Positions 24,553 through 38,200 of a DNA stretch of 64,000 nt are shown here, piece after piece. This DNA is from Eledone cirrhosa. Lineage: Eukaryota. Below the pieces are notes generated by a model. That model did no database searches, was not told the origin of the DNA, and saw nothing but the letters and a program-made list of their open reading frames with translations. Location of the stretch: contig OZ024743.1 of the NCBI GenBank assembly GCA_964016885.1, positions 312,480,001-312,544,000 on the forward strand. Reading direction: 5' to 3'. Both the position numbers and the translations under genes were made by a program. The stretch's first letter is position 1. Each line of letters begins with the position of its first letter.

Positions 24553-25235
24553 TATATAGAATTCACAAGAATAAAAGCTATGTTCAAAGCATTAATTCAC
24601 TTACAATTGTTTCATCCAAACCTAGGCTTCGAGTCTTCGGAGCATTTTTCAATGTTTGTACACATAATTGACAATTGACCTCCTTTCCAACGCAAGAGAC
24701 ATACAGATACATATATATATATATTGATGTACAGTGGAGTGACATATATTATACTATATTATTTCTGTATAGCAATTCAAATTCAAAATCAAAATCAAAA
24801 TTAAAATTAAAACAAAATTAAAACAAAATTAAAATACATTCGGCAGTTAACACAGATAATGCAAGAGGATAGTTTGTTAGTCAGATGTAGTAGTTAGTGT
24901 ATGCGTTAGTTATACGTGGGGCATGCAAGTGTGTCTCATTTATATATGATTATTGTGTGGCAGGGTGTTACATGTAATACAAGCACTTTAAGCGGGTAAG
25001 AGTATTATGGTGGTTGTAGTGGTAAGGTATATTTTGTATATTTTTGTATATTTGTTGTATATTTATGGTGGTTGTAGTGGTACATATATATATATGTATC
25101 TGTATGTCTCTTGCGTTGGAAAGGAGGTCAATTATGTGTACAAACATTGAAAAATGGTCCGAAGACTCCAAGCCTAGGTTTGGATGAAATAATTGTAAGT
25201 GAATAAATGCTTTGAACATAGCTTTATTCTTGTGA

Positions 25236-25245
<10 letters not shown>
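24553..25245. repeat. Inverted repeat (~24553-24720 / 25082-25245) adjoining (TA)n
   Basis: AGAATTCACAAGAATAAAAGCTATGTTCAAAGC...CATACAGATACAT and its reverse complement. Confidence 0.8.
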
Positions 25246-25312
<67 letters not shown>

Positions 25313-25525
25313 GACGTAAATAAGAAAGTTATGAAAATTGACTTACTTACTAAAATTTCACTCCAAATAATTAGTTTCTGTAAGGGGATAAATATGGTTA
25401 TTTACGTCTTTCATATAATTGTTCTGCATCCCCTTGCATAGAACCACAAAGTTACTAACACAAAACATATATATTTGCTAACATAGGTATGCATCTGTAT
25501 ACATATGTCGGTAGATATATTAATT

Positions 25526-25561
<36 letters not shown>

Positions 25562-25566
<5 letters not shown>

Positions 25567-26890
25567 GGAGGTGAGTTTTATTGAAGGACAATAAAACTAT
25601 GCATATATCGGACAAGTAGCACTCAACAGTTTATTAGACTGGAGTATATATAAGAAGAAATTAAAAGATGGTTAATAAAGTTCCATATATTTTATTATGC
25701 GCATTTCAAAAACAAATATCATTAGTTGCGTTCTCATCAGATAAAATAAGGTAACAGGATATGATGCCTAAAAAACACATGTGAACAAGGAAGTGAAAAT
25801 AAAATTAAGTGAAAATAAAATTAAATGATTAATAAGCGTAGAAGACGATATAATGTCCTAGTGTGTTTAAATAGAATGTAATTGAAAAAACATTTCTGTG
25901 AAAAAGTATATATGTGTAGAAGGAAATAAATAAGGGTAGACCGATAATGTCAACAATTAAAAGTTTACTATTAAAAAATTACAGATAATGTTATAATTAT
26001 TTAAGCGTAGAAAAAAGAAAAACATCTGACGTCATAATTTGTTTACAAAATCAACTAATGTTTATACTGATTAAATTGAAGTGATAAATGAGCAAAGAGA
26101 GCGGCTTAAAAAATATAATAATGAGAAAAAATAATATAAAGAAACATTAAATATGAACTAAATAATATTTTGTATCACCAAGTAGATAAAGGAATTTGCT
26201 AGAGTGATTTAAAAAGTAGAGGACCAAATAACGTCATAGTATGTTTAAGAACTTTGTAGAATGTACTGAAATATGCGAGAAAAAAGGTATTTATGTAAAA
26301 AACATATATATGTGTGAAAAAATTTTAAATCTTAACCATGGAATAAGATATAGGGTATTAGGTGTATACTTTGTGAAATGACTTAAGAGATTTATGGATG
26401 CAGAGAGAAAATAAATCGGTGCGTCTATTTATTATAGGGTTGAAATTCGAGATAATGGTAAATTTTTCAGCTAGACATAAATTACAAGCCCTAGATATGG
26501 AAGCGTTAGAATATGGAGAAGCATTGCATATTTGACGCCAAGAAATTTTGTAATTAATGCTTTTGTCTTTTAAGGACCAGATGAGTTCTGAGAGTGCAGT
26601 GTTTGTTCTTTTAATTGGATATTTAAAAGAGGAAGAATGGTTATATAGTCTTGATTTAAAGGAAGTAGAAGTAGAGCCAATGTAGGTATAAGAATTGGTA
26701 CTAGTTAGCACCTTACATTCGTATACTAGATTTTTATCGAGACACAAATTATTAAGAGGACATTTAGTTCTATTAGGGCAGTTGCATTTACGATTAATGT
26801 TATTAACAGAGTTATTTGCAAGTGGCCCAGGATTATTTATAATAGGAATTGTAGTGGTGGAATTATCTAAAGGAGCTAATGTTTCCTGAG
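25562..26890 (-). mobile_element. PLE 3' fragment: GIY-YIG ORF end (26358-26890), 3' UTR, hammerhead (25691-25745), tail into (TA)n
   Basis: CNCPNRTKCPL...LVYECKV...YIGSTSTSFKSRLYNH...CNLCLAEK. Minus strand TTAT-CTGATGA-stem II-GAAAT-GCGC-ATA-ATAA. Confidence 0.88.
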
Positions 26891-27409
26891 TTAGATTACT
26901 ATTGAATTATCTTAATAATTGTCTATATAAGCCTGTACACATACATGTGTACATAGACTCATACACATACACATACACAAACATGCTCACACACAAACAC
27001 ATTATGAGAATATTATGCATGAACACATCAATTACGTGTGTGTGAGTGTACACACACATTTCACTCACAAAGTTGATTTTTACATAAATATGAAAAAGTT
27101 TTACCAATAACCTTCATCGTTCTGTTAGTAATTAATATGCACTGAATACAATGTGTAACATATATATATAATTATTTATGATTGATTTATTAATGAATAT
27201 ATATTTATATCTAAATCTGTTTATTGGAGATATTATTATCTAAATTAGGGCTAATGAGAGAGTGTAGGTCAGCCAGTACATATCTCCATGGACCGGAGAG
27301 CCAAAGAGGGCCTAATGTAATTTTGATGCCCTTTCCTCGTAAAATACACTAATTCCCATAGAAGTTTGAGAGAAGTTGGGAAGGTGGACATTAAACGATG
27401 ATAATAATA

Positions 27410-27665
<256 letters not shown>

Positions 27666-27703
27666 TGCATACTGAGGTGTTGGTATACAACCAACATAAA
27701 CTA

Positions 27704-27763
<60 letters not shown>

Positions 27764-27999
27764 AAGAAAAAGAGATGAAATCGAAAATGCAACTGGATTC
27801 TTATTTTTTTTTTAAATATATATATTTATTTGGTTCCTTTACCGGTTTCGCAGTTCTTCTGCTTTTCAAAAGGTGAGTTGAGATGGAGGGTCTGTGGTTT
27901 TTCTCACATCTCACATCTCACACAGATGTGAGAAAAACCACAGACCCTCCATCTCAACTCACCTTTTCATTCTACTTGATCTCATTCTACTTGATCTCT

Positions 28000-28532
28000 C
28001 ATCCCAGCTTCATGGGAGACAATATCCACATGGCTGATCATAAATCAAACTCCTATACACATCCTTCTAGCTATAAGGTTATTATAAATACACGGAGATA
28101 AGGAACCCATGAGCCAGAGAGACCAAAGCAAGCAGTCCGTGTTACGGTTCACGATATAGCAGACCTTTCACTATATCTCTCTCATGACCCTTGCTGGTTG
28201 TCACCTTCTCGGCCATAGACAGAGCCAGAGAGCCAACCATGCCTGCCTGACAGATTGAACACTACTACTACTACGACAATAATGTATTCTAAGAATAGGC
28301 ACACACACACATAGTAAGTTTATATTGCTTACATAGTTTGTTATAGGTGTAATGCTCCTATGTATCTCCTGAAATAGATTGATACAGGCTCTATATATAT
28401 AGCTGTCACTTCCTGTCCCCCAACCCGAGAGGACAGCCCACGCATGAACTTGATCACACCAAAAGGGTGTTGACCTAGAATTTGATCTTCAGTTGTCGCT
28501 GAAGGTCAAGGCGCGGACAGATTTCGCTACAC
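28000..28532 (-). mobile_element. Solo LTR-like sequence related to the LTRs at 32505 and 34280
   Basis: Minus strand starts TGTAGCGAAATCTGTCCGCGCCTTGACC...CTAGGTCAACACCCTTTTGGTGTGATCAAGTTCATGCGTGGG. First ~220 bp are shared, the rest diverges. Left boundary uncertain. Confidence 0.7.
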
Positions 28533-28621
28533 ACACACACACGCGCCCCCCCCCCCCCCCAACCCACACACCCACCCACCCACCCCCACACACACACATA
28601 CACATACACACACATATATAT

Positions 28622-28975
28622 ATATTGAAAGAGTGAAGAATAACATGGTCAACAGTACAAAAAAGGGGTTTTATTTACAGTATTAACAATTCTTTCACTG
28701 ATTAAGTTGTCTAAAAATTGCTGAAGACTTGGAATTTAAATACATTGTTAGCTTAACCAGATCATCAGAAAGGACTGTTGACCATGTTATTCTTCACTCT
28801 TTCAATATTATTACCCCAAGATAAACTTACATAGGAATTCAAGAGAACGCACAAACTCGCCACCTACGGAAACCTATAGGTAGGAGTCAAACAACGCCGT
28901 ACGCTAAAAATATCCACAATACGGAGTATTCACAACCCCTAACTGGATTACCTATCATGATATTTTGTTATCCTT
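28622..28975. mobile_element. Fold-back remnant of the same pLTR family as 1610-1826
   Basis: Reverse-complement similarity to 1720-1826; short arms ~28622-28649 / 28776-28807. Confidence 0.6.
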
Positions 28976-29767
28976 TTATATATATATATATATATATATC
29001 ATTTGTTAAAATAATCAAATTGAAATAAATTCAACAGTTAAACACACATAGGAATAATAAGAGCCAGAAGTTTGACAAGTCGACCCCAAATACTACTAAT
29101 AGCTAAAGGAAAGCCATGAACGACACCACATCTTTTAAACTTTGATTTTGAAAGTAGGTTTATAATTATTAATTTTCATTACACTTATGTAGCTGTTTCG
29201 GCGGCCTAGTTGGAGGAAACATAGACGGTGGTGATCCTAGTCTGAAGTTTGATCGATCCTGGTCTGAAGTCCAATGCTCGCTGGGAGTAGGGTTCCCGGT
29301 AAACCTTTTCAGTTTTTTTCTATGGGATGTAAAATAAAAACTGAAAAAGATTACATGTACCTCTCGACTAGGATTGAAACCAAGACCGGGATCTCGGCCA
29401 TCTCTAGTACCTACCACCAGTCCATTGATACAGCTACGAAAATGTTATGAAAATTCATGAACCTACTTTCAAAATTTTCAAAACAAAATGATGTGCTGTC
29501 GTTCATAACTTTCTTAATGTTATTGCTCCTAGTTAAAGTCGACTTCTAAAGCATTTGGGCGTTTCATAAACTACATCCTCATTTTGTTTCTCATCTATCT
29601 AGAGTATATTTTAAGCTGTAATCCATGTTTCATTTCTATTGCACCTCATTTCTCCCCTCTCTCCATCTCTCTTTCTCTCTGTGATATTTGAACCTACTAT
29701 GATTTGTGGTTACTTTATTCATATATATATGTTTTTGCATGTCAGATTCAAACTTACAATCATTGGC

Positions 29768-29816
<49 letters not shown>

Positions 29817-29962
29817 TTTGAGTATGTGTTGGTTGTTTACCGACACCTCAGTAAGCAGATTGGAGCACTTGACGAAATACGCAGGCTGGTTTGTTTACTC
29901 CGGAGTAATGTAAAATAAGTAAGTCAAATATGTAAAATTTGGCTTCGTTTATTATAAATTCT

Positions 29963-30015
29963 CTGCTATATATATTTCGGTGACAGCTATTATTGGCTGT
30001 GACCTCTTCAGGCAG
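29963..30015 (-). ncRNA. Type I hammerhead ribozyme motif (PLE pLTR remnant ~29815-30165)
   Basis: CTGC-CTGAAGA-GGTCACAGC-CAATAATA-GCTGTCACC-GAAA-TATATA-TA-GCAG on the minus strand. Confidence 0.7.
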
Positions 30016-30239
30016 TCCGAATTGGTGTGGAAAAGACAGGTACACATGTTGTTGAAGTGTGTTCCACTCTGTCAATACATCGATATGTCCAGCTCCTGGG
30101 TGTGTTGTTAGTCCTCCGAAGAACTGGAAACATGATTCCAGTTCCTCGGAGGAATAACAACACATCTCATCTATCTAGAGTATATATATATATATATATA
30201 CATACATAGTGGCTGCCAACTCGTTTTCGAGTACGGCCA

Positions 30240-30890
30240 CTACTTTATATTCATGTAGGAGAACCTGGCAACATATCCATGCATGATTTTTTGCTGATAG
30301 GCATGCAGTTTTTCATTCATGGATTCACTGCGATACTGCTGAGCGACATCCCTGGGTGTGAGTTTTTGATTATCACACAGGGAATATCTCTCAAGGAGTT
30401 CCTTGCCAACTCTCATGATCTTATCTGTTTCATGCAGATAGACTTGCTCGAGAACGCTTCGAGGTTCGTAGATGTTGTCGGAGAGATATGATGCGACATT
30501 CAAATGTCTGGACTGATGTTAGGCCTCTGCCTCTCTGCTTACGTTTCAAGTAAAGGCGGTCTATGTCACTGTTGATGTGGAAGTTTCCGGTGTTGTTCAG
30601 TATTTTTCGAGTTCCAACATCAACTGCTCGGATTTCGTCTATCGTCCAATTGAGTATTCCAAACCTTGGTATTAGGACAGGCACAGCAAAAACATTGTAA
30701 GCCACTGTTTTGTTTTGCGCAGAGAGTTCCGATGACCAGATCTTTCTTAATCGGGTGTAGTATTCCCTGGTTCCGCGTTCTTTATTACAGATACCATTAT
30801 AGGATATGTTCTCATCTATCCCCAGGTATCTGTAGCAGTCCTCATCAGATATCGGTGAAACAGTTAGGCCATTGATGACAATGTTGCTAG
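30240..30890 (-). mobile_element. R4/Dong-type non-LTR RT C-terminal fragment
   Basis: YRYLGIDE...YYTRLRKIWSSELSAQNK...NWTIDEIRAVDVGTRKIL...DIDRLYLKRKQRGRGL, parallel to the 55037 ORF. Confidence 0.85.
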
Positions 30891-30969
30891 ATTGTATGTA
30901 TGTATGTATGTATGTATGTATGTATGTATGTGTGTATGTATGTATGTATGTATGTATGTATGTATGTAT

Positions 30970-31514
30970 GGTGCTACTGGTAACATGTATCCCAGTACAA
31001 CCTGTCTCATGGTCGGGTCGTTGGCGACTAAACTGGCAACCCCACCAAGGTTTCTTGGTGAAGAGGGTGACTTTGGACATCCTGCAGGACTAAAAACAAA
31101 ACCTGTCAAAGGGCAAAGGAGCTCTTAAGAGTCAATGGCCATCCAAAATCACCGGGAGAGATGACCCCTTAGCCTTTGTCAAGGCAGAATTCTAGGAGAA
31201 GGAAAATTCTGATATAACACCTGCAACTCTGATGGTATCCAATGATGTTGACTTGTTCTCTTTTTTGGTAAATATCATCTTGGTTAAGAGAGTGGGACTG
31301 GCTTTGTGCAGTGCCTTTGCTCACTATAAAAGCTTCATGACACAGGCATTGCTTTATATCTGGAGATCTCTCTGCACTTGTCGTCACATGGTACCATGGG
31401 CCCAGCACTATGTGTCAATAATTGTCACAAGTGTAGTGTTTGTACCAGAGTTTTCAAGTCGCTGGTTGGACTAAAAAGTCACACTCACTCGAAAACGAGT
31501 TGGCAGCCACTATG

Positions 31515-31520
<6 letters not shown>
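30970..31520 (+). mobile_element. Short internally deleted RTE-like element bounded by (TATG)n
   Basis: 5'-UTR-like start, then C2H2-like end CSVCTRVFKSLVGLKSHTH and RTE-type tail ACTCGAAAACGAGTTGGCAGCCAC(TATG)n. Confidence 0.6.
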
Positions 31521-31576
<56 letters not shown>

Positions 31577-32075
31577 TCTAGTTAAACTATAATTAGTTAC
31601 CTAGCTAGCTATGTGTGCTTACACACTTTTACAAATTATTCCCTGTGATTGTTTCATATGTTTATTTTAGATATATATATATGTTAATCAATTTCTAGTT
31701 GATATAAAATGCTTGGATCTATTCATTGGAATCTTGGAGCATATTCTACAGTGGATATGGCGCATGTCTCTCTGACATGACACCCATAATTTAATTTTGT
31801 ATAAATATATATATATATATATGTCGGACTGGGTCTAAAAATATTGGTTGCCAGGAGACGAAGGGCGCCCATGTACATATAGAATGCTGTCATTTAATTT
31901 TTATAATGAATAAATAACATTTTCAAAAAATACCTAAGTGGAAACAAAACAGTGCAATCAAGTTTTTGCGGAAAAAATATCTCACCTTCTCCAATAAAAA
32001 ATATTATGAATTTTGCGAAATACAGAGTCTTTCAACAATGATCTTTGGTCTTTCACGCTCACTCAATATATATAT

Positions 32076-32490
32076 ATAAGAAAAACGAACACAGATATGA
32101 GTTCAAATCGTAAGGGACCAGATTCGCTAAGGTGAAAAGATTTATCACCCACTGGTGAGCATACATTGGTAATGCTATTCACAATTAACATTGCGAAACA
32201 ACACCAAGTTGTCTGGGTGATCGGTAGTTACCACAATTCCGGTTTGTATATATTTTCTTGATTTTTTCTTAAATTGAGACAAGCAAACCCAATTGTCTAT
32301 AGTTAGTATTCTTTTCACCTTAGCGAATCTGGTCCCTTGCGATTTGAACACATATATGTATATATCTGTGTTCGTTTTTCTTTTATATTCAATTATAATC
32401 TACGGCTCGGAAATATCTCTTTCTTAGAGCTATTTTGTTGTAAGAGACTATTTTGAGTTCCTAACTCATATACCTTTGATATATACCTTT
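32076..32490. repeat. Fold-back remnant between (TA)n (arms ~32076-32137 / 32313-32386)
   Basis: AAGAAAAACGAACACAGATAT...GGGACCAGATTCGCTAAGGTGAAAAGA and its reverse complement. Confidence 0.7.
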
Positions 32491-32504
32491 GATATATATA
32501 TATA

Positions 32505-35049
32505 TATAGCGAAATCTATCCGCGCCTTGAACCTTGAGTGACACCTAAAGATCAAATTCTAGGTCAACACCCTTTTGGTGTGATCAAGTTCATGCGTGGG
32601 CTGTCCCTTCAGGTTGGGAGACAGGAAGTGACAGCTATATATAGAGCCTGTACCATCCTACTTTAGCCAGATACATCGGAGCATTACACCTATAACAAAC
32701 TATGTAAGGATTCACTGCTATCAATAGACCCCAGTGGTCTACATAAATACCCAGAGCGATTGGAGCCCTATTACTACAGAACACAAATGTGGAGATTTAC
32801 CGTTGTTTGCAGGCCACGGTAGTTCACAGTTACGACAGACCATAACAGAGGTATACAAACCATCTCTCTCTACGGTCTCACAACTACTACCACGGACTCC
32901 AAATTCCAACAACAACAACAATTATCTGTCGCTCGCTGTTTTCACACCAACAACAACAACAACAGACTGCAACAGCCTCACATCAACGACAAAATAATAT
33001 TGTCAATCTTATGGTAACTTGTTTATTGTACCTTTTAATTGATTCACGTGAAGTAAACCATATATAAACTAAAATCATTTATTCATTATATTCTCGTTAT
33101 TACACCTATTCTTATTATACTTGTTATTTCATCTAATAACCATGTTACCTCATCCAACATCTAACTATTACTTAATTCATTTTAACCCTTCGTTAAATTG
33201 GTAAACCCCGACGTGATTTAAAAAAAAACAAAACAAAAAAAAAAAAGAACTGGTATTTAAAAAAAAATTAAAATAACACGCAGCCTATTTGACCTGATCA
33301 TGGTTTTATTTGCCAACCTGAGCAATATACAGTTACCAAACACTTCACCACTTGCTTCGTAATCTCCAACAACAACAACAAACAATACTACTAGCTTCCT
33401 AACAAGAAAACATTCACAGAAAGAAGAGAAAACAGAACTTTTTGTAAAGAACAATTATATAAATATTTTTATTTTATTTTTTTACAGGTTGTATATGAAT
33501 GTCATTTTTATTTTTTTTTATTCGTTTTACTGTATTATATGCCTGTATGAATAACACGTTTGGCATCAAACACATATCATTTTCCTTGTCACACACCAAC
33601 ATGTTTATGTCTGTGGTATATTCTGGATTCGGTTGGGTCTCTGCGGGATCACCTTTCGATTGTTCAAGGTACGGCGAAAGCTATGAAACACATGATAATC
33701 AGCCCACGGTTTTAGCTCGACTCACTGAGCACGCAACTCAAAATTGCACACACTCATGTCATAGCATAAACCTCGACTCACGGGAAGGGAATCTTACGTA
33801 TGATAATACATTGAGATTCAACTGGTCAAGGTTCGACAATAGCTATTTAACACATGATAATCAAACCACGGTTACTAATCGCTCGACTCACTGAGCACGC
33901 AACTAAAAATTGCACACACTCATCTCATAGCGTAAACCTCGACTCACTGAAGAGAATCTTACGTATGATGATACATCGAAAGAAATAGTCCTCTGTGTTA
34001 TCATATCGTAATCCGATACCGTAACCCATCCATCCATACACAACAGTTCGAAATACATGATCACAACTTTGTATTTTTACAGTTCCTTCTAAATGTCACA
34101 CACACACATGCATACTCAGTTATACTATTTTTTTTCTCTCTCTCCAAATTTCTCTACACTCAAAGTGCGGGCGCAGTACCCACATTTTGTGTGCTTTGGG
34201 ACACGCTTCTAGGAATCAGATTTCGCTACCTATTTTATAATAGATCGCTGCTCCAGCATCAATCTGGGTAGGGAACTAATGTAGCGAAATCTATCCGCGC
34301 CTTGAACCTTGAGTTACACCTAAAGATCAAATTCTAGGTCAACACCCTTTTGGTGTGATCAAGTTCATGCGTGGGCGGTCCCCTCAGGTTGGGGGACAGG
34401 AAGTGACAGCTATATATAGAGCCTGTGCCATCCTACTTTAGCCAGATACATCGGAGCATTACACCTATAACAAACTATGTAAGGATTCACTGCTATCAAT
34501 AGACCCCAGTGGTCTACAGCCAGAAACATCGGAGCATTGCGCTAGCAACTAACTATGTAAGGATTCACTGCTATTAACAGACCCCAGTGGTCTACAGAAA
34601 TACCCAGAGTGATTGGAGCCCTATTACTACAGAACACAAATGTGGAAGATTTACCGCTGTCTGCAGGCCACGGTAGTTCACAGTTACGATAGACCAAAAC
34701 AGAGGTATACAAACCATATCTCTCTCTCTCTTACTAACCACGGTCTCACAACTACTACTACGGACTCCAAATTCCAACAACAACAACAATTATCTGTCGC
34801 TCGCTGTTTTCACACCACCAACAACAACAGACTACAGCAGTCTCATAAACCAACAACAAAAACATTGTCAACCTTAACAACTCTTGGTAACTGTTTTATA
34901 TGTACTTTTTAATTGATTCACGTGAATTAAACCATATATAACCAAATCATTTATTTCTCTATTATTATTGTTATTCCCTCTAACAACTTTGTTATAATCA
35001 TATGTAAATAACCACATATAACCATCTAATTAGTTACTTATACCCTTCG

Positions 35050-35053
<4 letters not shown>
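32505..35053 (+). mobile_element. Non-autonomous LTR retrotransposon: LTR1 32505-33196, LTR2 34280-35053, non-coding interior
   Basis: Two ~0.7-kb direct repeats starting T(G/A)TAGCGAA and ending CCCTTCGTTAA. PBS-like TGGTAAACCCCGACGTGAT at 33199-33217 (tRNA-Trp 3'-end complement). Purine-rich GGGTAGGGAA before LTR2. Confidence 0.85.
33661..33982 (+). repeat. ~160-bp tandem duplication in the LTR-element interior
   Basis: ACACATGATAATCA...GCTCGACTCACTGAGCACGCAACT...GAATCTTACGTATGAT occurs twice. Confidence 0.85.
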
Positions 35054-35118
<65 letters not shown>

Positions 35119-35254
35119 TATCCACGGTAAATTGTGGGGTTAGTCTGCATGAAGAATTCAATGTAATCCATATGTTGAAAATGTTGTAGGTTAAAATAAA
35201 TCCCGGAAAACAATAAAACATTTAAACAGAAAGCAGTGAGAGAGTTCTGGCCGG

Positions 35255-35525
35255 ATGTAAAAGGTAAACAGAAATAACAACACAATCGGTACAGTATATG
35301 GAAGGGATATATTAGGTTAACGCTTGATATAGCAGGAACAGGGTCTTAATGTTTCGGATGCTAATCCTTCATCAGAAGAAAGAATGAGAAATAAGATAGA
35401 TTGAAGGGACGAGCGGGTTGGACAGAAGAAAGAATGAGAAATAAGATAGATTGAAGGGACGAGCGGGTTGGAATATAAAAAAAATGTCTTCAGATAAAAA
35501 TAACAGGTCCATTGATGTTGACATC
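35255..35525 (-). mobile_element. PLE pLTR remnant with minimal hammerhead (35344-35379)
   Basis: TCTT-CTGATGA-A-GGAT-TAGC-ATCC-GAAAC-ATT-AAGA on the minus strand. Homologous to 8080-8305. Confidence 0.7.
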
Positions 35526-35559
35526 TTTTGCAAAACTGTTAGTGTTGGCGTTTTGTGTA

Positions 35560-38200
35560 ACAGGTAGATCTGATGAGATAGCGGAGATTCTGGAGAGGAG
35601 GCATGTGGATGTGTACTGTGTGCAAGAGGTGAGATGGAGAGGTGCATTTGCAAGACTAATCGCAGGCAAACATCGTAGTTATAAGCTCTTCTGGGTGGGT
35701 AATGATGATGGGTTAGGTGGGGTGGGCATATTACTGGCTGAGAGATGGATCAATAAGACAATAGAGGTAGTTAGTGATAGAATAATTAAGTTTAGATTAG
35801 TTGTAGGCAAAAGACTACTGACAATTATCTCTGCCTATGCTCCCCAGGCAGGCCTAGCTAAAGAAGAGAAAGACTGCTTTTACGAGCAACTTTTACAAAT
35901 AGCCTCAATGACAAAGGACAGAGACATCGTTATGCTAGCAGGGGACTTCAATGGTCATGTTGGACAGCTCCAGGATGGATACACTGAGGTACATGGTGGG
36001 CATGGTTAGAAATGAAGGAGTGAGGCTTCTTGAATTTTGTGATGCAAATGCACTAACCATTTGCAACACTAACTTCCAGAAGCCTACCAACCACCTAATA
36101 ACCTACAAACCGGGCGAGCCCATAAGCCAGATTGATTTCCTGCCAGTTAGACAGCAAGACAGACAGATGGTGTCAAATACTAAGGCATACCACGGGGAAG
36201 AATATACCCCACAGCATAGGTTAGTCTTCAGTTACATCTCAGTAAGCATAAGAAAGAATGAGACATACAGGAAGGTGTAGAAAAGAAAGGTCTGGAAGCT
36301 AAAAGACCTTTTATTAAAATATAAATTTAGCAAAGCCCTTCAAGACATGGATGACGAAAAAGAAGACGATTTAGAGTTGAATGACATAGATGATAACTGG
36401 AATTTCTTGCATGATATCTTACTGCAGGCTACTGAAGAAACTTGTGGTTGGGGCAGAGCTTCAACCAGACAGAGAGTGACCTGGTGGTGGAACAGCATGG
36501 TAGATAGGGCCATTAGAGACAAAAGACTGGCATGGAAGGCTTGGAAAAATGGTGGGAGTAGGAAAGGATACACAGCCACTAAGAGAAAAGCTAGACGTCA
36601 GGTGTACTTAGCACGCAGGGAGGCTGAGAGTAGGAGGTTTTCCAATGTTCTGCGACCGGAAGATGTGCGGTGTTCCGCATTGTAAGGCAGTGTGTCAGTG
36701 CAAATCAGGATGTTGTTGGAGATAAGTGTGTCCGGAATGATGCCGGTGTACTTAGTGTCATGAATGATAAAAAAAAGGAGGCTTGGAAATGTCACTATGA
36801 GAGACTGATGAATGTGGAGAACGAATGGGACAGAGAGAAATTACTCCCAGTAGACCCAACAGAGGGACCAGCTATTGAGATTGACGAATATAGGGTACAA
36901 GAGACAATTAAGGAAATGAAGAATGGTAAGGCTGCTGGACCGTCGGGGATAGTTGCTGAGATGCTGAAGGTATCAGGAGAAGTACGCACTAAACTGGTTG
37001 CACGCATCATCAATCAAGCTATATATGGTGGTTTCATACCCAAACACTGGTGCAGCAGTATTCTCATAAATTGCTACAAAGGTAAAGGGGATGCTCTAGA
37101 GAGGAGCAATTATATGGGCATAAAGCTGATGGATCAGGTTATGAATGTGGCAGAGAGAATATTAGCGCAACTAATTAGAGAAAGGGTCAAATTAAATGAG
37201 ATGCAGTTTGGTTTTGTGCCCTGGAAAAGTACAACAGATGCCCTCTTCTTAGTGAGGCAACTACAAGAGAAGTTCTTAGAGAAGAATAAGCCATTATACT
37301 TAGCTTTTGCTGACCTAGAGAAGGCCTTTAATAGGATACCCCGATCTGTCATCTGGTGGTCCCTAAGGAAACTAGGTGTAGAGGAATGGCTTGTGAGGAC
37401 AGTGCAAGCTATGTACAGGGGTGCTGTCAGTAAAGTGATAATAGACATGGAGTTTAGTGAGGAATTCCAGATACAAGTAGGAGTACATCAGTGTTCGGTC
37501 CTCAGCCCGCTCTTGTTCATTATAGTCCACCAAGCCATAATAGAGGAGTTTAAGACTGGATGCCCTGTGGGAACTTCTCTATGTTGATGATTTGGTTCTT
37601 ATAGCAGAATCAGTAGAGGAGCTAGAGAATAAATTCTGGCTATGGAAACAGCAGTTGGAATCAAGAGGACTGAGAGTGAACCTAGCTAAGACAAAAGTAT
37701 TGATAAGTAGAAAGAGGACAATACTCTGATTCCAGCAGGGAAATGGCCATGTTCGATATGTAGGAAAGGAACTGGCATAAACTCCATAAAATGTACGCTA
37801 TGCAGATCTTGGGTACACAAGAGATTTAGTGGGATAGCAGGCAAACTAACAGGTAGGGAGAAGTTTAGGGAGCTTCTTCTGTTGACAAAGAAGGGTTTCT
37901 TCCTGCGTACGAAAGGACGGTTATATGATGCCTGTGTGAGATGCGCGATGCTGCATGGTAGTGAGACATGGGCAGCAACTGCAGAGGATATGCAATGGCT
38001 GGATAGAAATGAAGCAAGTATGCTCCATTGGATGTGCAATGTCAATGTGCATGAACGACCAAGCATAGACGAGTTGAGAAAGAAACTGGGTATAAGAGGG
38101 ATAAGTTGTGGTGTGCAGGAGAGAAGGCTGAGATGGTGTGGACATGTGATGCGCATGGAGAATGAGAATGACCGCATGGAGATTGACAGATAACTGTGAG
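35560..38200 (+). pseudogene. Degenerate RTE-clade LINE (APE endonuclease + RT)
   Basis: CVQEVRW, SAYAPQ, AGDFNGHVG, QIDF, KAAGPSG, KGKGD...NY, QFGF, ADLEKAFNR, GVHQxSVLSP, YVDD, MLHGSETW, RRLRWCGHVMRM. Many frameshifts. Confidence 0.92.
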
